Assembly: GCA_964430735.1 (NCBI GenBank)
Contig: CAYSFB010000001.1
Coordinates: 232,674-296,673 of the forward strand
Source of the DNA: an uncultured Planctomycetia bacterium
Lineage (GTDB): Bacteria; Omnitrophota; Gorgyraeia; 2-02-FULL-51-18; JAGOUK01
DNA length: 64,000 nt
Direction: 5' to 3'
The position numbers were made by a program, and so were the translations under genes. Shown piece by piece: positions 56,224-64,000 of this stretch (positions are counted from its first letter, which is position 1; each line of letters starts with the position of its first letter). Under the pieces are notes generated by a model. The model did not search any database. It was not told the origin of the DNA and worked only from the letters and a program-made list of their open reading frames with translations.

Positions 56224-56934
56224 TTACTTTTTCTTTTCCTCAGCCTTCGGCGCAGCGGTCTTCGCGTCGCCGCCCTTCGCCTCGCCTTCCACTTCCTTCT
56301 TCGGCTTCTCGATACGCTCCGGTTCCGTCGCCGCAGCCGCGGTCTCGTCCACCGGCTTCTCGACGAACGGCGCCGCGACGTGCGCGACGACCGCATGCGG
56401 ATCGCTCATGAGTTCCATGCCCTGGCCGAGCTTGACGTCGGCGACGTGGATCGACTGGTTGAGCTTCAGGTTCGTGATGTCGACGTCGATGTGCTCCGGC
56501 AGCTGGGTGACCAGGCAGCGGATCGCGATTTCGCGGGTCGGGGCTTCGAGAACGCCGCCGTCCGTCTTCACGCCGACCGCGTCGCCCTTCAGGACGATCG
56601 GAACGACGAAGCGGGTCTTCTCGGTGAGCGAAATCTGCAGGAAGTCGACGTGGATCGGATGACCGGAAACGGGGTGGTTCTGGATCTCCTTGAGCACCAC
56701 GAGGCGCGGGTCCTTGCGGGCCGCTTCACCGGCGACGGTGAGATTGATCAGCGCGTTGTGGCCCGCGTCCGAGTGGAGGATCTGGCTCAACTCCTTGGAC
56801 GACAGCGACACGCTCTTGGAGGCCTCGCCGCGGTGATAGACCACGCCGGGGATCCGGCCGTCGCGGCGGATGACCTTGTTGGATGATTTGCCGGACGTCG
56901 CCCGCGCTTCGACCGAAAGGGATACCTGTTTCAT
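56224..56934 (-). CDS. rplY: 50S ribosomal protein L25 / general stress protein Ctc, with charged C-terminal tail
   Basis: L25/Ctc N-terminal and beta-domain plus a Lys/Glu/Ala-rich tail. Confidence 0.85.
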   Translation of the reverse strand: MKQVSLSVEARATSGKSSNKVIRRDGRIPGVVYHRGEASKSVSLSSKELSQILHSDAGHNALINLTVAGEAARKDPRLVVLKEIQNHPVSGHPIHVDFLQISLTEKTRFVVPIVLKGDAVGVKTDGGVLEAPTREIAIRCLVTQLPEHIDVDITNLKLNQSIHVADVKLGQGMELMSDPHAVVAHVAAPFVEKPVDETAAAATEPERIEKPKKEVEGEAKGGDAKTAAPKAEEKKK

Positions 56935-56960
56935 GACTTCGTTCCTCCTAAAAAGTTCGT

Positions 56961-57917
56961 TTAAATGACGATCGACCCGAACAGGCCGCTCACCGATTCT
57001 GAATGGTGGATGCGGCGGATCGCCTCACCCAACAGCGGCGCGACCGACAAGACCTTGATCTTGGGGTGCACCTTTTCCTTCGAAAGCGGAATGGAATTCG
57101 TGATGCACAGCTCGTCGATGCAGGACTTTTCGATCCGCTCGATCGCGGGACCCGACAAAATCCCGTGCGTCGCCGCAGCGGTGATGCTCTTCGCCCCTGC
57201 GCGGCGCAGCGCTTCGGCCGCTTCGCACAGCGAGCCGGCGGTCGCGACGATGTCGTCGACCATCAGCACGTTCTTATCCTTCACTTCACCGAGAATATTC
57301 ATCACTTCGACCTTCGTGTCGTCCGTGCGGCGTTTGTCGACTACGGCGAAGTCGCAGTTCATGCGCTTGGCGTAGGCGCGGACCATCTTGATGCCGCCGA
57401 CGTCGGGCGACACGACCACGAGGTCCTTGATGTTCTTGCGCTCCATGTGGTCGATGAACACGTTGACCGCGTACAAATGGTCGAGCGGAATGTCGAAAAA
57501 TCCCTGGAGCTGGCCCGCATGGAGATCCAGCGTCAGCACGCGGTTGGCGCCGGCGACCGTGATCAGATTCGCGACGAGCTTGGCCGTGATCGGAACGCGC
57601 GGGCGGTCCTTGCGGTCCTGGCGCGCGTAACCGTAATACGGCAGCACGGCGGTGATGCGGTCGGCCGACGAGCGGCGCAGCGCGTCGATGAGCGTCAAGA
57701 GCTCCATCAAATTCTTGTTCGGGTCCGGACAGGTCGGCTGGATCACAAAACAATCCGAGCCGCGCACGTCGTCGAGCACCTGGACGCGGATTTCGCCTTC
57801 GGAGAAGGAGTCGACCACAGCTCCGCAGAGCGGGATCGAAAGGTACTTCGCGACTTCCTCCGCGAGGGGCTTGTTCGCGTTTCCGCTGACCAACAGTAAT
57901 CTATCGCCTCTGGGCAT
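56961..57917 (-). CDS. prs: ribose-phosphate pyrophosphokinase
   Basis: PRPP-binding motif VLMVDDIVATAGSL and R5P-binding region. Confidence 0.95.
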   Translation of the reverse strand: MPRGDRLLLVSGNANKPLAEEVAKYLSIPLCGAVVDSFSEGEIRVQVLDDVRGSDCFVIQPTCPDPNKNLMELLTLIDALRRSSADRITAVLPYYGYARQDRKDRPRVPITAKLVANLITVAGANRVLTLDLHAGQLQGFFDIPLDHLYAVNVFIDHMERKNIKDLVVVSPDVGGIKMVRAYAKRMNCDFAVVDKRRTDDTKVEVMNILGEVKDKNVLMVDDIVATAGSLCEAAEALRRAGAKSITAAATHGILSGPAIERIEKSCIDELCITNSIPLSKEKVHPKIKVLSVAPLLGEAIRRIHHSESVSGLFGSIVI

Positions 57918-57918
57918 G

Positions 57919-59184
57919 CTATTTTTTCCTTTTAGCCGGTTTGGCCGGAATCCCGACCACCGTTTGACCGGACTTCACGCGGGTTCCGCGCGTCACCACG
58001 GCGCCTGCGCCCGTGACCGCGCCGTCTCCGACCGTCACCGGCGCCACAAAAATTGTTCCGCTGCCGACCTTGACCTTGCGTCCGATCACGGTGCGGTGCT
58101 TGTTCTTCCCGTCGAAGTTCGCTGTGATCGTTCCGGCGCCGACGTTCGTGTCCGAACCGACCGCCGAGTCGCCGATATACGTCAAATGCTTCACGAGCGT
58201 CCGGTCGCCCACGGTCGAGCGGACCACTTCGACAAAATTTCCGACCGTCACTTCGTTGCCGAGCGTCACGCCCGCGCGGATATGCGCGAACGGTCCGATC
58301 GAGCATTTGCGGCCGATCACCGCCGGTCCGTCGATCACCGTGTTCGGATGAATCACGGTGTCCTGCCCGATCTTGACGCCTTCGCCGATGAACGTCGTCG
58401 CAGGGTCTTCGATCGTGACCCCCTGGTCCATCAGCTGCTCGAGGATCTCGGTCTTCCGGATCTTCGTCACGAGTGCGAGGTCCTTTCGCGTGTTCACGCC
58501 GAGCGTTTCTTCGGGCCGGTCCGTCTCAATCGCTTCGACCCTGCCTTCGGCGGCCAGGATCGCGACCGCGTCGGTCAGATAAATCTCTTTTTTGATCGGG
58601 TCCGGCTTCACCTTCGCCAGCGCCTTGAACAGCGCCTGCGCGTCGAAGCAGTACACGCCCGAATTCACTTCGCGCACTTGCCTTTCGGCCGGAGTCGCGT
58701 TTAATTCTTCGACGATGCGGACGACTCGGCCCTTGGCATCACGGAGGATGCGGCCGTAGCCGGTCGGGCGTTCGGGACTAAAGGTTAAGATGACACAGGA
58801 GGCGGCTTTTGCCTGGCGGAACCGGATGAGGGACTCCAGCGACGAGCGCCTGATTAAAGGAGCGTCGCCGCAGAGCACGAGCACCGAACCGCAGTAAGAC
58901 CGCAATTGCTTGCGCGTCTGCAAAAGAGCATGGCCTGTTCCGCGAGGCGGCCACTGCGTAACCACCTCGGCCCTTTTTCCAATATATGAACGCACCTGGG
59001 CGCGTAAATGCCCGGCGACCACAAGGGTCTTCCGGACGCCCAGCGCTTCAACCGTGCTGAGAACATGTCCCAGCATCGGGACCCCGCAAACGGGGTGCAA
59101 AACTTTGGGAAGATCGCTTTTCATCCGTGTACCCGCCCCGGCGGCGAGAATAACGGCAGCTGCTTCCCGATTGAACTTCACCAA
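57919..59184 (-). CDS. glmU: bifunctional UDP-GlcNAc pyrophosphorylase / GlcN-1-P acetyltransferase
   Basis: AVILAAGAGTRMKSDLPKVLHPV plus C-terminal hexapeptide helix; TTG/GTG start. Confidence 0.9.
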   Translation of the reverse strand: MVKFNREAAAVILAAGAGTRMKSDLPKVLHPVCGVPMLGHVLSTVEALGVRKTLVVAGHLRAQVRSYIGKRAEVVTQWPPRGTGHALLQTRKQLRSYCGSVLVLCGDAPLIRRSSLESLIRFRQAKAASCVILTFSPERPTGYGRILRDAKGRVVRIVEELNATPAERQVREVNSGVYCFDAQALFKALAKVKPDPIKKEIYLTDAVAILAAEGRVEAIETDRPEETLGVNTRKDLALVTKIRKTEILEQLMDQGVTIEDPATTFIGEGVKIGQDTVIHPNTVIDGPAVIGRKCSIGPFAHIRAGVTLGNEVTVGNFVEVVRSTVGDRTLVKHLTYIGDSAVGSDTNVGAGTITANFDGKNKHRTVIGRKVKVGSGTIFVAPVTVGDGAVTGAGAVVTRGTRVKSGQTVVGIPAKPAKRKK

Positions 59185-59300
59185 TGCTTATCTCTTTTTA
59201 CGAGGAGGCGGTGAGACCCGACCTTAGGTCGAGGGCGCGTATATTAGCACAGGGACTTTGCGGGAGGGAAGGAAAAATTTGGGCGGCGGCAAAAAGCCGC

Positions 59301-59699
59301 TTATCGGGTCCAATCCACGATCTGCAGACCGGGAATACGGCTGAACTCGCGCGTATTATGGGTCACCAGGGTCCCATGATGGGCCAGCGCCGTCGCGGCG
59401 ATCACCAAATCTGCCGTGCCGATGATTTGACCTGATTTTGCAAGGATTGAACGGATTTCCGCGTACGCGCCAGCAGCCAGTCCGTCGAAAGGAACAGTTT
59501 CGTAGGGCGCCAAAAAAGTTTCGAGCTCCTGAGCCGATCGCAGGGGGTCGCGGGATGCCCGGACCCCCGTCATGAGTTCCGCTTGGACCATCGAAGGCAT
59601 CTTGACATCACGAGGTGGCAGCTTTGCGAGCTTTTCCTCACAGGAAAACCTTCCACGCAGGATAAAAACGCAAATATCCGTGTCTAAGAAGTAGGTCAC
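59301..59699 (-). CDS. vapC: PIN-domain toxin VapC
   Basis: MTYFLDTDICVF..., conserved acidic residues of the PIN fold. GTG start overlaps the vapB stop (GTGA). Confidence 0.8.
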   Translation of the reverse strand: MTYFLDTDICVFILRGRFSCEEKLAKLPPRDVKMPSMVQAELMTGVRASRDPLRSAQELETFLAPYETVPFDGLAAGAYAEIRSILAKSGQIIGTADLVIAATALAHHGTLVTHNTREFSRIPGLQIVDWTR

Positions 59700-59935
59700 A
59701 GCTTTGGAACCGGGCGGTCGTATTTGGGGTCGATGTCTTCCGGCAACTCAATATCCACGGGATTATTTTTTAATGACCGTAGCCATTCGAAGTACCCCGG
59801 CGGCCACCCCTTGTGAGTCAACGAAGCCTCCAGTTTGGACTTGACCCATTTAGACACAGAAGTCCCCTCCCTCTTCGCTTCCATGTGAATTTTTTTGAAT
59901 GTATTCTCATCTATATAGACGGTCAACTGCGCCAT
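59696..59935 (-). CDS. vapB: antitoxin VapB-like
   Basis: 79-aa ORF translationally coupled to vapC; GAGGTG RBS; palindromic operator in its promoter. Confidence 0.6.
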   Translation of the reverse strand: MAQLTVYIDENTFKKIHMEAKREGTSVSKWVKSKLEASLTHKGWPPGYFEWLRSLKNNPVDIELPEDIDPKYDRPVPKL

Positions 59936-59955
59936 ATTTATTCACCTCTGAAAAA

Positions 59956-59984
59956 ATTATATATCCCTGCATTAAATATATCAA
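59956..59984 (-). promoter_or_regulatory. vapBC promoter TTGATA-17-TATAAT
   Basis: Minus-strand reading gives acTTGATAtatttaatgcagggataTATAATtttttcagaggtgaatATG. Confidence 0.45.
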
Positions 59985-60005
59985 GTATATGTGCACATAT
60001 ACTTG
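59982..60005. promoter_or_regulatory. 24-bp perfect palindrome CAAGTATATGTG|CACATATACTTG (candidate VapB/VapBC operator)
   Basis: Exact dyad symmetry; its promoter-proximal arm overlaps the -35 hexamer. Confidence 0.5.
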
Positions 60006-60056
60006 CATATTCACAAAGTATGACTGGCAGAAAATTGGCGTTCTAAAGAATGGATA

Positions 60057-63000
60057 TTATGCGGCCGAATCGACCGACTGGCGAATGATGTCCAGGTATC
60101 GGACAAGCTCATTGAGCATACGCGCGAGGGTCGGCAGCTCAATCTTCTGAAGGGCTTTAAAATATTCCTCGGTCATTTCTATGTGAAACACCAATCGGAT
60201 CGCTTGAGGTCCGACTTCTCCCAACAAGGATCGGGAGCCCATCTCAAAATCACTGAATTGCTCATAGGCCTTATTCATATCGCCGTTTGTCCGCTTTTTG
60301 ATACCCGCAAATGCAAAACCGCGCAAATGACCAAAAGGCAGATCCGCCATCTCTCCCGGTTCGGCAACCGGCTTTACCGGGCTCACGACCGCATATTTGT
60401 TAATAAACTCGGCCGTCTGAACCGTTGCACCGTCAGCCGCAATGAATTCCGCCGGAAGTTTTTTGAACAACGCCTGGAGCGCATCGGAACTCATGGTGAA
60501 CACAATCATCTCCCCGCGTACCGTGACCGCCTCGTACATTGCTTGAAGAAGATCCGGAATGCCGGGGGTCAGATGATAAGAAACGTCGTATAAGTCCTGA
60601 TGATCTCCTTTCACATCCGTCGTCAAGATCGAGATAGGCGCGCCCAACCGGCTGTCCCAGGAATCTATTTGCTCCTGGACCCGGGCATGCCCTTCCGCTG
60701 AATCCCGACTTGAACCCACATCAGAGAGATCCGAAATCGTCAGGATAGGAACGGGGGGGAGGGACTGCTCAACCCGCTTGAATCTCCGCACCAGATTCGT
60801 GACGCTTCTGCGGATTTCGCCAAACAGACTCCGCGCATAAGAGAGAGACAATTCCGCCGCTCCCGTCGGATCGATGCCCGTCGAACGCATATTCCCCTTG
60901 CGCGGCAGAGGGAAGCGGGTCTTGCCTGACGCAGCGAACATATTGCCGTTTTGATCGATCTCGATTATGACGGTCAATTTTTGAGTCTCGCTCACAGCAA
61001 GCGGCAGCGCCTCCCCCGCCTTCACCGCATCATGTGCGACCGCTTCGGACACAGGCCCTGTTACTACCGCCTCAGCCAGTGCCACGTCTTGATCGGGAAG
61101 TTTTGCTCGATCATCCAAAAGCGCGTGGGGTCCGTCAGCCAGCCGTGCGCCATAACCGATCTGTCTGGCGGATGCCTCAGGCAAAGTCGCAGCTATTTTG
61201 GATAACTTATCCACAAACGTATTCAGCGCGCGGGTGGCGTTCGCTTTGTCAAACTCCGGGTTCGATGCTTCGTAAAAAATGCTTAGCTCATGCCGCTTTG
61301 CGCTTAACGTCACCAAGGCCTCGAATGCGCGGTCTAGTTTTAGATTTTGCAAAGCGGAGATAATGTTGAGCGCGGCGGTCTGATAGGACTCGACTTTGAA
61401 CCGAAGACTGGTGTTGGAATCCGAATCCTGTTCCAAATCGGAAATCGGCGCATGAGCCCTGTCAAACCTGATGCTCGCGGCTAATGCGGCGAGGTTGGAC
61501 AAAGTACCGTAAAGCTTCTGAACATCAGAATCATAGATGGTTCGCAAATCATCCTGGATCTGACTCAGATCCGTCAGTCGGCCCGAAAGGTCCGCCTTCG
61601 ACGGATGCATCCGGATAGTCGAGGGCTTACCAGTCTTCTTATCGATCCGCTGAACCCTCGCGGGCGGAGTCAGGCTGCGAATCGCTAGATCCAAATGAAA
61701 CGTAAGTTTGTGCAAATCCTCGACGGTCTCATCACCCCGCACGCTCTCGGGTCCGTCCTGCACCACCGCCATCCGGGCTCCGCCGGGCATGATTGGCAAT
61801 CCGGCGACAGCGGACTTTATCTGCTCGCCGTCCTTGCTGAGAGTTTGATAGGCGGCGGCTATTTTTTTATTCAGATCCCCGGCCATGGCCGGCTCTTTGT
61901 TGACCAGCCCCAGTTTTGGATCATTAATGTCTCGATAGAGCATGATCAAACGATCAAGCAAAGTGCCCACGTCTCTCCGCTCCTTGTACCCGAGTTCGAT
62001 CCCGCCCCGGGCATTCAAAAGTGTGAGATAACTCAGCAGTATTGTCCGGATCGTCCAAAGACCGTTAGGATTGGGAGCATATCCGGGGGACGTGAGATTG
62101 GGGGATCCGATTACAAACCATGCCAACCATGCCATGTCGGGCTCCGAAAGCATCAGATCCGGCACATTGTCAAATCCGGCCTCACCCCTAACAAAAGTCA
62201 ACCTGGCCGACCCGTCCGCATTCGGCTTAAGCACCGTACTCATATTCTCAACGATGCTTTTATAATCCTGTACCTTAACGATAACATGCATAACCCTGGC
62301 AATCGCAGACTCGACTTGACGGACGGCCTCCTCCACGTCTTTCACATTGTCGGTCACCGCCAGCCGAGAGCCGTCTGTTGTTTTGGGAAGATGCTTCAGC
62401 TGCTCGTCGGCCGCGTGATAGTACATGCTCGACGGGTCGTTGGCCCATTGCTCAAGCAGACCGACTATTTGCCGCCGCTCGTCGCTTTTGCCGGTCCCGA
62501 TGTTCATACGAGTCAGCGGGTCGCTGGCCAGCAGCTCCCGATACCGTCTCATCAAATAATCGGTAAATGCCTTTGCGACCATCGGCTTAAATATGGGGTA
62601 GACCTTGAGGCGACTGGCGGCCCGGACTTCCTCAACGGTGAGATCAGCAGGCATATCCTTCACCGCTCCGACCCGCAGAATTTGCAGAAACAGGTCATAA
62701 TTGACATCCCTCGGCCTTCCTCCGCGCTTCTCCTCAAGAATCCGGCGGGCGTTGGCAATTCCTTCTTTATGAAAAAAGTTGTCCGCCTTCAGGTATTCGG
62801 ACGAACCGGTGTGCGCGTAAAGCTGGACCAAAACTGCATTGAGCGCTTTTTCATCTTCATACCACCGAATCCTCGTGTCGAGAAGCCCGTCCACCGCGCT
62901 GCCCTCCCAGCGATCGTTGGCGACTTCGTATTGAAGCCCTTTGACAACCGCCTCGGACTTGCTCCGCCACTCCGTATTCGGGCTCTCCAAGCCCGCCAGG

Positions 63001-63953
63001 ATAGCGCCCCAATACTCCTCTTGAGACTTAAAGTGAGGATAGGCCCATGTCTCGTCGATCGCGGACACAACTTTATGAGCGTCATTGGTTCGAACGCCTT
63101 CATGCAGTTCATGCAGAACTTGGGACGTCCAGTCCTTTCCGAAGCGTGCTTTGAGGTAAAGCGAATTCGAGTGGAACCACAGCGTTATGGATATCGCCGT
63201 GACACCCAGGAGCATTTCCGCCATCGTAAACTGCAGCCGGGCCCACCTCTTAACCGCGTCAACAGCCCGCAAAGCCAGGCGGGAGCCTTTGGGGAGGAGC
63301 GACTCCAAATGATCGAGCCAGTTGTCGTGGCCCGGGTATCGTCCGTCCGTAACTCGAGTGATGTGGGTCAGAAACTGTGCGGCAGAAACCAGCATCCGCT
63401 CATCGTTGTCGCCATACTCTCCGGCAAGATCGACGTACTCTATGGAGTTGATAAACGTTTCCCATGACATGATGACCCGAAGATCGTCCGTTTGAGAGAG
63501 CACCCGCTCCTCGAATGTCTTCAGCCGCTCATTGATCATTTCCGATAGAAGTTTGCTTGCGCTAGGATTCAAGGAGCCGTCGTACAACGTTTGCATGCTC
63601 TCTATGCTGGCTTTCGTCGCAACAATCCACGTTCTCATGGCATCTGCCGCGTCGCCGTTGATCGGTGTGCCGTCGGGTCGCTTGCCAAAAACTTTTCTCG
63701 ATTCTCGGATCAGCGCCAACTTCATCCCTGGGGTCCAGTGCAGGATAAGTTTCTGAAGCTCTGTCTCTCTGATCAGATTCAATGACAACCCTGACAGCAA
63801 GTCGCTGTCTTGATCGTACATCCTGGAGACCTTCAGCGCGGCGACGATGAGCAGGACCAGCTTGGAGCCGATTTGGCGCTGTTCCTCCGCGGTGATTTCG
63901 TAACCGCCAACAGCCGCCGCTTCTCGCAGCGCCTTCCAAACACTGTGATGCAT
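60057..63953 (-). CDS. very large hypothetical protein (1298 aa or more; frame stays open to the window edge so the N-terminus may lie outside)
   Basis: Single uninterrupted ORF of about 50% GC inside a roughly 65% GC genome. No P-loop, HExxH, GxSxG or other recognisable catalytic motif, only one possible TM segment; mostly alpha-helical composition. Confidence 0.6.
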   Translation of the reverse strand: MHHSVWKALREAAAVGGYEITAEEQRQIGSKLVLLIVAALKVSRMYDQDSDLLSGLSLNLIRETELQKLILHWTPGMKLALIRESRKVFGKRPDGTPINGDAADAMRTWIVATKASIESMQTLYDGSLNPSASKLLSEMINERLKTFEERVLSQTDDLRVIMSWETFINSIEYVDLAGEYGDNDERMLVSAAQFLTHITRVTDGRYPGHDNWLDHLESLLPKGSRLALRAVDAVKRWARLQFTMAEMLLGVTAISITLWFHSNSLYLKARFGKDWTSQVLHELHEGVRTNDAHKVVSAIDETWAYPHFKSQEEYWGAILAGLESPNTEWRSKSEAVVKGLQYEVANDRWEGSAVDGLLDTRIRWYEDEKALNAVLVQLYAHTGSSEYLKADNFFHKEGIANARRILEEKRGGRPRDVNYDLFLQILRVGAVKDMPADLTVEEVRAASRLKVYPIFKPMVAKAFTDYLMRRYRELLASDPLTRMNIGTGKSDERRQIVGLLEQWANDPSSMYYHAADEQLKHLPKTTDGSRLAVTDNVKDVEEAVRQVESAIARVMHVIVKVQDYKSIVENMSTVLKPNADGSARLTFVRGEAGFDNVPDLMLSEPDMAWLAWFVIGSPNLTSPGYAPNPNGLWTIRTILLSYLTLLNARGGIELGYKERRDVGTLLDRLIMLYRDINDPKLGLVNKEPAMAGDLNKKIAAAYQTLSKDGEQIKSAVAGLPIMPGGARMAVVQDGPESVRGDETVEDLHKLTFHLDLAIRSLTPPARVQRIDKKTGKPSTIRMHPSKADLSGRLTDLSQIQDDLRTIYDSDVQKLYGTLSNLAALAASIRFDRAHAPISDLEQDSDSNTSLRFKVESYQTAALNIISALQNLKLDRAFEALVTLSAKRHELSIFYEASNPEFDKANATRALNTFVDKLSKIAATLPEASARQIGYGARLADGPHALLDDRAKLPDQDVALAEAVVTGPVSEAVAHDAVKAGEALPLAVSETQKLTVIIEIDQNGNMFAASGKTRFPLPRKGNMRSTGIDPTGAAELSLSYARSLFGEIRRSVTNLVRRFKRVEQSLPPVPILTISDLSDVGSSRDSAEGHARVQEQIDSWDSRLGAPISILTTDVKGDHQDLYDVSYHLTPGIPDLLQAMYEAVTVRGEMIVFTMSSDALQALFKKLPAEFIAADGATVQTAEFINKYAVVSPVKPVAEPGEMADLPFGHLRGFAFAGIKKRTNGDMNKAYEQFSDFEMGSRSLLGEVGPQAIRLVFHIEMTEEYFKALQKIELPTLARMLNELVRYLDIIRQSVDSAA

Positions 63954-64000
63954 TCCAAAGTAGTGGTTCGGCCTCGGAGCCCGGATGATCAGAGTATTGG

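Noticed and set aside
61360-61420. Possible Walker A motif (NIGTGKSD) in the giant ORF.
   Set aside because: Spacing does not satisfy [AG]xxxxGK[ST] (an M occupies the first position), and no Walker B follows, so it is not treated as an NTPase.

Overview
64-kb window from a high-GC (about 65%) diderm bacterial chromosome; almost all genes are on the minus strand. Order of content: a partial PHB-depolymerase-like esterase, a small PC4-like gene, pirin and a metallophosphoesterase. Then a 17-gene Wzy/Wzc-type exopolysaccharide locus (2.5-19.9 kb) carrying a terminal PilZ gene, a short OPX protein paired with an outer-membrane beta-barrel, a fused ABC exporter and no Wzx. Then DUF1015/FmdB, hrcA-grpE-dnaK-dnaJ behind tandem CIRCE operators, hflX, a signal-peptide-bearing small Hsp, and an HspR-like MerR regulator followed by CIRCE-hsp20, a J-domain protein and clpB. 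Then xth, a CBS protein, DUF4139, tRNA-Lys(UUU), frr-pyrH-tsf-rpsB, an msbA-like exporter divergent from a Gfo/Idh/MocA oxidoreductase and lpxB, glnA, an atypical OmpR-family regulator, lpxI-lpxA-fabZ-lpxC-lpxD-skp-bamA, dnaB, rplI-rpsR-ssb-rpsF, pth-rplY-prs-glmU and vapBC. The window ends in a markedly lower-GC (about 50%) segment carrying a 1298-aa or longer domain-less ORF that runs off the window edge. Non-coding highlights: a family of long nested palindromic elements (dnaK-dnaJ spacer, tRNA-Lys 3' flank, and two mirrored 151-bp units between lpxB and glnA), three CIRCE operators, an inverted-repeat candidate operator beside a near-consensus promoter for the HspR-like gene, a 24-bp perfect palindrome in the vapB promoter, and three genes with a -10 box 6-7 nt upstream of the ATG (possible leaderless mRNAs). 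The ORF track treats GTG/TTG as start codons and reports maximal extents, so several N-termini were trimmed using conserved N-terminal motifs, RBS positions and ATGA/TAATG overlaps.
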